From Coraliomargarita sp. (GTDB taxonomy: Bacteria; Verrucomicrobiota; Verrucomicrobiia; Opitutales; Coraliomargaritaceae): a DNA stretch of 64,000 bases. A program made the position numbers and the translations under genes. The DNA lies in the NCBI GenBank assembly GCA_965216325.1, contig OZ244160.1, positions 1,792,001-1,856,000 of the forward strand, given 5' to 3'. The notes below the pieces were generated by a model, which was not told where the DNA came from, ran no database searches, and was given only the letters and a program-made list of their open reading frames with translations. This document shows positions 61,686 through 64,000 of this stretch, piece after piece (the stretch's first letter is position 1; each line of letters begins with the position of its first letter).

Positions 61686-62104
61686 TGACTGGGCTCACAC
61701 ACCTGCTAGATACATCGGTGTATTCCCAGCGCTTGCGCCGGCATCCGCATGCGGGAACCGTGCGACGCTGGTCAGCTTTGGGAAATGCCCGCTGCGCGAT
61801 CTCAACTATTTGCGAAGCGGAGCTGTTGTTTGGTTTGGAGAAAAAAGCCTCGCCCCGCCTTTGGACTGAATATGAGCACTACCTCAAGAGCCAACTGGTG
61901 GTGCTATCCTTGGACCGGAAGGTGATCGAAACCTATGCTCAGATCAAAGCCGAGACCCAGTCGAGAGGTCTTGTCATTGGAGAATTTGACTTGCTGATCG
62001 GAGCGACTGCGCTGGCTAACAAACTGACACTCGCAACACTCAACACCAAAGACTTTGCCAAAATTCAGAGTTTAGAAGTGGAGGACTGGTCACTAGAACT
62101 ATGA
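61685..62104 (+). CDS. vapC: VapC PIN-domain toxin
   Basis: LLDTSV, ISTICEAELLFG, FDLLIGATA, TLNTKDF, EDW; overlaps the antitoxin stop codon. Confidence 0.92.
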   Translation: MTGLTHLLDTSVYSQRLRRHPHAGTVRRWSALGNARCAISTICEAELLFGLEKKASPRLWTEYEHYLKSQLVVLSLDRKVIETYAQIKAETQSRGLVIGEFDLLIGATALANKLTLATLNTKDFAKIQSLEVEDWSLEL

Positions 62105-62676
62105 TCGCACCGGCAAATTTCGACGGACAACTGGAATTGTATCTCTACGTCAGTGGGGCGTTTCGGAAGCAGTTTGACCTGAATGCCGCCAGTTTGCCTA
62201 AGGACAGCGAACTGGAGCTGCCCACAAATTGGTGGTCAGTCTGGCGGGCAGAGCAGATCCACTTCGAAGACGATGTCTCGTGGGTGCTCTTCACCAATGC
62301 GAAGACATTGTTCAGCTTTTGCTACCGCGCGTATGGGGATGACTATGAGAGCATCATCCAGGAATTCGAGCATGGCTTCTTGAGTAGTCTCAAATCCAAT
62401 GGCGTTCAGCTGCCCGCGGAGGTATTGACCCATATGGTGCCGATGACAGGTCAGCCGCGCTCCTTGATCGGGAGTATGAACGAACTCGCCTTGAACTTTT
62501 TGTCGGACTTTTACGAGCGGGGTGCCAGCCGTGAGGATGCCGAGATTCGGCTTTGGTCGGTTCCCATGGGCGCTATTGAGTATGAGCTGCCTGCCAATGC
62601 CTACTTGAGTGAGCTTCGTGCGAATCCACCGTGCGGCTGGGAGGTCGTCGAGCCGGACTCCGATGTGCCGTTTTGA
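62101..62676 (+). CDS. Hypothetical protein (possibly DUF6933-like)
   Basis: W..W.A...VLFTNAKTLFSF, RSLIGSMNE pattern; translationally coupled to vapC. Confidence 0.65.
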   Translation: MIAPANFDGQLELYLYVSGAFRKQFDLNAASLPKDSELELPTNWWSVWRAEQIHFEDDVSWVLFTNAKTLFSFCYRAYGDDYESIIQEFEHGFLSSLKSNGVQLPAEVLTHMVPMTGQPRSLIGSMNELALNFLSDFYERGASREDAEIRLWSVPMGAIEYELPANAYLSELRANPPCGWEVVEPDSDVPF

Positions 62677-62782
62677 TTCGGAGTGTTAGGCTCCAGCTCA
62701 ACAATTGTTGAGTCAGATAATTTTGACTTGGTGAACAGCAATACAAACTGCAGACCAATGCGCATAGTTTTGGGCCGTAACG

Positions 62783-62812
62783 ATTTGTGTTCATCCGTGT
62801 CCATCTGCGCTT
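62783..62812 (+). repeat. Degenerate decamer tandem ATTTGTGTTC-ATCCGTGTCC-ATCTGCGCTT
   Basis: Three 10-bp units. Confidence 0.5.
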
Positions 62813-62883
62813 GAAATTTCAGAACCCTAGTCGGACTCACTTCTGAGGTTGGAAAATGAGGAAAAGTCGTTAGATTGGTGCAA

Positions 62884-63390
62884 ATGGACTACGATTTTCT
62901 TGAGTTACTCCGTAAGCCTTTCGTCATCGGCTTGATTTTGGGCCTGATTTGCATGTGTGCGGTCTGGTGGCGGGCAGTGCGCAAGTTTCACGCTGCGAAG
63001 AAGGCGCATCAGCAGGAAAGTCAGCAGCTGCATAGCAAAGTCGCGAAGCTGGAGACGCACATCCGCACACAGATGGAGCTCACCGCCGACAGCAATACGG
63101 CGCTCAAGGACAGCGTTGAAGATCTCAAGCAGCAGAACGAGAACCTGCGCGTGATGAATAGCAATTTATCGACCAAGCCGGGCCGCGCCGAGCTACGTCA
63201 ACTCCACCTCTACGAAAAGGCGCTCAGCGTCATGCATGCGCGGGCGCCGGGCTTTTCGACTGCGTGGACTGAAGCGGTCAAAGACGCTGAAGTCGAACTC
63301 GAGCAGGAGGAAAAGGGCATCCTCAAGTGGATTCGTAAGCCGTTTCAGTTGGCCAAGCCAGCCAAAGCCGAGCCGACTGAACTCGAGTAG
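62884..63390 (+). CDS. Membrane-anchored coiled-coil hypothetical protein
   Basis: N-terminal TM helix followed by a heptad-rich helix. Confidence 0.75.
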   Translation: MDYDFLELLRKPFVIGLILGLICMCAVWWRAVRKFHAAKKAHQQESQQLHSKVAKLETHIRTQMELTADSNTALKDSVEDLKQQNENLRVMNSNLSTKPGRAELRQLHLYEKALSVMHARAPGFSTAWTEAVKDAEVELEQEEKGILKWIRKPFQLAKPAKAEPTELE

Positions 63391-63878
63391 GGGAGGGACT
63401 GCAGTATCTGTGGTCTGGCGACTCTATCGTGAACATCGAGGCCGCGGCTCGTTTACGCGCGGGAAGCCTCTAAAGACTCGACGAATTGGTATTCTGGGCC
63501 AGCGCACTATGAGGAGCTTGAGCTAGATGACTCTCTGCGTGACATTCGATACCTCCGTTATGGTATCGTGAGCTCTGAGAATCGTTTTGTTCGTGTCACA
63601 GTTCGTCTGATCGAGTGATCCACATGGAAGTCATTCGTAATTAGGGCGTTAGGTTGGAGTAGTTCCAAGCTTAATGCCTTAGGTAGTCATAACCATACCC
63701 CCTTAGGGGGTAATACGGGTAAAAAACTTAATATTTTTTTAATTTTACCCTAATCGACTTTACTAAAGGGAGCTTGTTTGTAGGGTTCGCGGTTGTGCGC
63801 TGCATTGTGAACAACCGTGAATAATGCTAATTATCGCACAAACCCTTACTACCAAACTACTTATCTAACTATACCAAT

Positions 63879-64000
63879 ATGGATTGCTCATGCGCCCTCC
63901 TTGGCGTCGTGGCTACGCTGCGTCGAAAGTGTGTTCAAAGTGTCTTCTGTGCTGTAATCGTCGGCATGCTGGGGACGTCCTTAGCGGCTCAGGAGAGCAG
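63879..64000 (+). CDS. Start of a probable exported protein (truncated by the window end)
   Basis: MDCSCALLGVVATLRRKCVQSVFCAVIVGMLGTSLAAQES; signal-peptide-like and open to the edge. Confidence 0.45.
   Translation, partial: MDCSCALLGVVATLRRKCVQSVFCAVIVGMLGTSLAAQES

Noticed and set aside
60917..63400. Prophage, IS or integron
   Set aside because: No integrase, transposase, terminal inverted repeats or convincing attC sites seen.

Overview
Origin-proximal chromosomal window of a bacterium, most likely Verrucomicrobiota/Opitutia (Coraliomargarita-like). This is inferred from a PEP-CTERM protein, the short ATP synthase delta subunit and REP-like repeats; it was not database-checked. From left to right: (1) a sigma54-type nitrogen-scavenging operon (ABC transporter, creatininase-family hydrolase, GmaS/GlnT-type gamma-glutamyl-amine ligase, two DUF1989/CgdAB proteins, urea/guanidine carboxylase), divergent from a NikR-fold regulator that has lost three of its four nickel ligands; (2) gnd, dnaN and a probable oriC directly upstream of dnaN with no dnaA beside it; (3) housekeeping and stress genes (pssA, ispH with an extra N-terminal domain, hspQ, miaB, ahpCD, pflBA, ogt, recA, mnmE, and mnmG carrying two parS sites inside its coding sequence); (4) a catalytically degenerate SDR fused to Arg-rich repeats and a histone-H1-like tail; (5) a ~17 kb putative PhoBR-controlled island (TonB-dependent receptor, secreted Asp-rich protein, PEP-CTERM protein, six-gene Ton motor) with PHO-box-like repeats; (6) trmB and the F1Fo atp operon; (7) a small variable patch with a dinD fragment and a vapBC module. 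No rRNA, tRNA, CRISPR array or intact transposase was seen. All calls are from motif recognition by eye, with no database searches.
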